A stretch of DNA of 64,000 nt from Thermoplasmatota archaeon. Its GTDB lineage: Archaea > Thermoplasmatota > E2 > JACPAO01 > JAHFTW01. Shown one piece after another: positions 60,750-64,000 of this stretch. The position numbers and the translations under genes were made by a program. The notes under the pieces were generated by a model, which saw only the letters and a list, made by a program, of their open reading frames with translations, was not told the origin of the DNA and searched no databases. The stretch lies in contig JBFIHX010000003.1 of NCBI GenBank assembly GCA_041601615.1, positions 282,007-346,006 of the forward strand, written 5' to 3'. The first letter of the stretch is position 1. Each line of letters opens with the position of its first letter.

Positions 60750-62267
60750 CTATGTATGGCGCATAACGTTCCGATCTATGGCCTTGTACGTCTTGACGCG
60801 GCCTAAGTCGCGGACCGAAGCCAAGTTGTTGTCTACCAGTTTCTTGAGGCGGTGCTGTGCCGTGCTACGGCTCCAACCCCAACCCTCCGCTTCATCCAAG
60901 ACCGTGCGCTGAATCACGTCCGGGTGGTGCAACAACCACTGATACAGACGATCCACATCCGGATCCCGAAGCACAACCACCGCATCCCAATCGCCAAGAT
61001 GTTCCTGGTCACAATGGAAATACCGCATCGTCTGGCCATACTGCCGTTCAATCAGAACATCACATCGGCCAAGCACCGCGATATGATGCCGCGCCGTACC
61101 CGCTGCCATGTTCGTCTCTCGGATCAGCTCCCGGAACGTGGGCCCCGGGTTGGCGTCCACGTACTCGTAAATGGCACGACGGTTCGGGTGTTCGAGTGCA
61201 GCGTCCATGTCCAAGCGGGTGAACTGGCTCGCAATGTACGAAAGAAGCGCCTTGCCCTTCCAGACTAAGATTGCGATGAGGGTAAGCGAGGCCACGGATG
61301 CTGTGGCGGTTGTTGAGATGGGAACAGGAACGCCATCGAGAGAGGCGGATTGGAAGTTGGTGGAGATGACGGCGGTTCCCGTGTTGTTGGGGTATGTGTG
61401 TACATTTGATAATGTGATGTCGCCCACGCCACGGAGGGTTTCCCCGTTTACGGAGATGCCAAATTGGTCTAAGTTTTCGCTAGTTTGGAGGGATGGGAGG
61501 CGGATGGAGCCTGATGCGGAAACTGAGAGCCCTTGGCCTCCTTGAACGAAGGTGGTATTTGATGCATTGAGGGTGAGGAATCCATTTTGAGTATTCAAAC
61601 GCCAGGAATGTGTTTCAAAATAATATGGAATTTCCAAAGTATCGGTGTTTCTAGCGCAAAGTTTATTGTCGCACCACGAATCTAGGCCTTGAAATTCTAA
61701 TACAGTCACATTTAGAGCCATAATAGTTACACTATTGTCTGTATTGCCAACGCTCTTAATCATTGCGCCTCCTCCGCTTAATGTTGATTGTGGCCTGAAA
61801 GCATAATGTGGCAAATTTGCTTTAAAAATGTTAGAGTATGGGAGAATTAAATCTGAACTATGCTCCAAATTAAATAAACTCCCCTGCGATTTAAAATATA
61901 TGGACTCTGCTATTATTAATATTGAGCTCCAAGCGCCCCTACTTTTGCTTTCAAAGTAATTGCCATCTAAAACTGTAGATTCTGTGTCTCCCCACTCGCT
62001 GTGTACCTGGTATGAATTTTGTTGGATGCCGGGGCGGCGGTACTCATGGTATGGAAATTTTTCTGAACTTAATACATTATGTGTTTCTAATAATGATGTT
62101 GCGTGGCCAGTTGGAGGAATGATGACCAAGGCCCAGCCGTTCGAAAAACTCTCAAGTTCACCGGCCAATTGAATAGGAACCTCATAGTTTACTAATAATT
62201 CACCCTGCGCCGAAGGGGCTGTGGCAGAAAGTAAAAAAATTACAGAATATATTTGGAGCTTTATCAT
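60750..62267 (-). CDS. Membrane-anchored one-component regulator: extracellular domain, TM, double winged-HTH
   Basis: Signal peptide; TM near aa 320-340; LEHPNRRAIYEYV..NPG.TFREL...GTARHH..VL; second wHTH SRSTAQHRLKKL. Confidence 0.85.
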   Translation of the reverse strand: MIKLQIYSVIFLLSATAPSAQGELLVNYEVPIQLAGELESFSNGWALVIIPPTGHATSLLETHNVLSSEKFPYHEYRRPGIQQNSYQVHSEWGDTESTVLDGNYFESKSRGAWSSILIIAESIYFKSQGSLFNLEHSSDLILPYSNIFKANLPHYAFRPQSTLSGGGAMIKSVGNTDNSVTIMALNVTVLEFQGLDSWCDNKLCARNTDTLEIPYYFETHSWRLNTQNGFLTLNASNTTFVQGGQGLSVSASGSIRLPSLQTSENLDQFGISVNGETLRGVGDITLSNVHTYPNNTGTAVISTNFQSASLDGVPVPISTTATASVASLTLIAILVWKGKALLSYIASQFTRLDMDAALEHPNRRAIYEYVDANPGPTFRELIRETNMAAGTARHHIAVLGRCDVLIERQYGQTMRYFHCDQEHLGDWDAVVVLRDPDVDRLYQWLLHHPDVIQRTVLDEAEGWGWSRSTAQHRLKKLVDNNLASVRDLGRVKTYKAIDRNVMRHT

Positions 62268-63068
62268 TCACACATCCTCACAAAAAGAGTTCGTATAAAT
62301 AGTTAATGTCCCCTCTAACGTGGTATTATGGTAAGTTTGTCCAAGTTGTATCATGTTGCCGGATAAACTGTTCATGAAAAATGGCGCCGCGTACGAACTC
62401 ACAACAGGTGCTATATCTCCTACATCGCCTCGTAAAACATACTCAAACTGATAAAATAGGCCTTCAGTAGATTGCCAAAATAAAGCCATTTGGGTGTTTG
62501 TTCCTGGACTGGAATCAATATCTCCAATTTTTGAATATATATTAGTGCTGTTTGTGCCTACAGTGATATCAATTTCTTTACTTATTAAAGAATTAACATT
62601 AGTTTTAAAATCCCCAAGGAAGACTCTAGCCCCATATTTAAAAAATTGGAGAACCAATTTTTCATTATCAGCCACTATCGTCGGAATAAGGCGAATAAAT
62701 GTTCGTTCGGGTAGCTTATCTATGCAAGATTGGGGGGGTTCATAGATATTTGTTACCTCTAGCACAAGATTATGGGGCCCTCCCTCTACATCACCAATAC
62801 TAACATCAAGGCAATTTAGTATAAATAAAGTGACAGAATATGGAATGTTTAGTCGATTTTGTTCCCACCCAGCGGGCTTAAAAACAGGGGGATGTTCAGT
62901 AGATTGATTCAATCCCTCTTGAGCTATTGTTATGCCATCACATTCAGATAATATTACGGATTTCAGGGAGAATCCGTCGCCCATATCTTCAATTAATATA
63001 GGTTTGTCCATAACATTAAGACATCCAGATAGTGTTAATATCGCTATTGTTATGGCCCTGAGAAACAT
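62268..63068 (-). CDS. AT-rich lipoprotein, paralog of 59840-60655
   Basis: LSGC lipobox; colinear Cys pattern. Confidence 0.8.
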   Translation of the reverse strand: MFLRAITIAILTLSGCLNVMDKPILIEDMGDGFSLKSVILSECDGITIAQEGLNQSTEHPPVFKPAGWEQNRLNIPYSVTLFILNCLDVSIGDVEGGPHNLVLEVTNIYEPPQSCIDKLPERTFIRLIPTIVADNEKLVLQFFKYGARVFLGDFKTNVNSLISKEIDITVGTNSTNIYSKIGDIDSSPGTNTQMALFWQSTEGLFYQFEYVLRGDVGDIAPVVSSYAAPFFMNSLSGNMIQLGQTYHNTTLEGTLTIYTNSFCEDV

Positions 63069-63071
63069 ATA

Positions 63072-63398
63072 TTAGGTCCCCGTCTTATCTCGTGCTAATG
63101 CTATGAAACACTGTGCGGACGCAAGAGGGGCGTAGTAAAATTCAAATGTTCCCAGTTCTACAGTGCTGGGGCCTCCCGCGTCAACTCCAATAAATCTTAT
63201 TGTAATCTCTTCTATGCCTCCAATTCTCGGCTTAGGGATTACTGTTATGTCCTCCCCGTCGTATGTAAATGTAAAGAAGCAATTAGGCTGAATTTCAATC
63301 GGATAAATTCTAATAATTGGATTAGCAAGTACTGTGGAGGACAGTAATATCATTATGGCGGTTACATTCCGGGCGGCGCGTATTAGATCTCGACTCAT
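63072..63398 (-). CDS. Small secreted protein
   Basis: Signal-like leader ending VLA; 2 Cys; first gene of the AT-rich operon. Confidence 0.6.
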   Translation of the reverse strand: MSRDLIRAARNVTAIMILLSSTVLANPIIRIYPIEIQPNCFFTFTYDGEDITVIPKPRIGGIEEITIRFIGVDAGGPSTVELGTFEFYYAPLASAQCFIALARDKTGT

Positions 63399-63631
63399 GC
63401 TATACTCCAATCCCCCCTATGCCCTCCCGCACTTAAACGGACTAGCACGCCCCTTGGCTTCATTATTGGAAGTATTGCCCTCGTTTAAAACATTTGCCTA
63501 TCCAGAATGCTTCACATCAAGCCTGGGTAACAACTTGGTCAACAAAAATCCAAACACCATACCAAAAGGTATAGTGAAATCAATCATAACGGCTCATGCC
63601 GTCTCAAAGGGGGGAGAGGATCGCCGAGGTT

Positions 63632-63811
63632 TCAGGCCTTGGTTTGTTGTTTGCCCAGCGCAAGGCCGAGCACACCGAGCAGCACGAATACCAAGGTGGT
63701 GGAAAGCATGCCGACGTCGGTGATGGGGGTGCTTAGGAGTGCGACGCTCACGAGGAGCACGAGCAGGCCCACGACGAGGGCGGTGATGGAGAGAGTCTTT
63801 TGGGTGTCCAT
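63632..63811 (-). CDS. Small 2-TM membrane protein
   Basis: MDTQKTLSITALVVGLL...; two hydrophobic helices. Confidence 0.6.
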   Translation of the reverse strand: MDTQKTLSITALVVGLLVLLVSVALLSTPITDVGMLSTTLVFVLLGVLGLALGKQQTKA

Positions 63812-63972
63812 GTGGGGTTCACCTGGGGTAGGGGAAAAAAGGGTGCCGGACGCCTGCACCGTGGTCGGATGAGCCTCAAGAGTTCAGGCAAGACAGGCAA
63901 GCCAGTCTTGGTTCCTTGGCTGCCGACGCGAGCGTCGTTGGCCTTGGATTTGGACTCCGTTGGCTCCAATAG

Positions 63973-64000
63973 TGGGGCCACTGGGATTTGAACCCAGATC
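63973..64000 (-). tRNA. 3' part of a tRNA; anticodon outside the window (acceptor suggests Pro or Trp)
   Basis: Reverse complement GATCTGGGTTCAAATCCCAGTGGCCCCA = T-arm plus acceptor 3' strand. Confidence 0.8.

Overview
Archaeal chromosomal window, most likely Thermoplasmatota (eS1/Rps3Ae, eL40, tRNA genes without encoded CCA, tightly overlapping genes). The GC-rich backbone carries eno, a split transketolase, an acyl-CoA carboxylase beta subunit, uvrB, RNase HI, ABC/RND/TauE/DASS transporters, many lipoproteins and tRNA-Arg, -Leu and -Ser. Two lower-GC accessory blocks interrupt it. (1) At ~39.1-50.5 kb, a signal-peptide LamG-LamG-FN3-RHS polymorphic toxin with a DUF4258-like tip and DUF2283-like immunity gene, followed by orphan RHS-core/toxin/immunity cassettes (one TNT-like, one unassigned) and a remnant. 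(2) At ~59.6-63.6 kb, a cluster of paralogous lipoproteins around a membrane-anchored winged-HTH regulator. The least explained signal is a set of duplicated gene 3' ends: three extra copies of the tRNA-Leu end, a recoded copy of the transketolase end, and a copy of the wHTH gene end. In the first two, the intervening 60-100 bp spacers fold back onto the duplicated end and carry GA-GC-GNA-GC-GA mini-hairpins, suggesting tiny single-strand-folding integrative elements that replace gene termini. All family calls come from motif recognition by eye; no database search was run.
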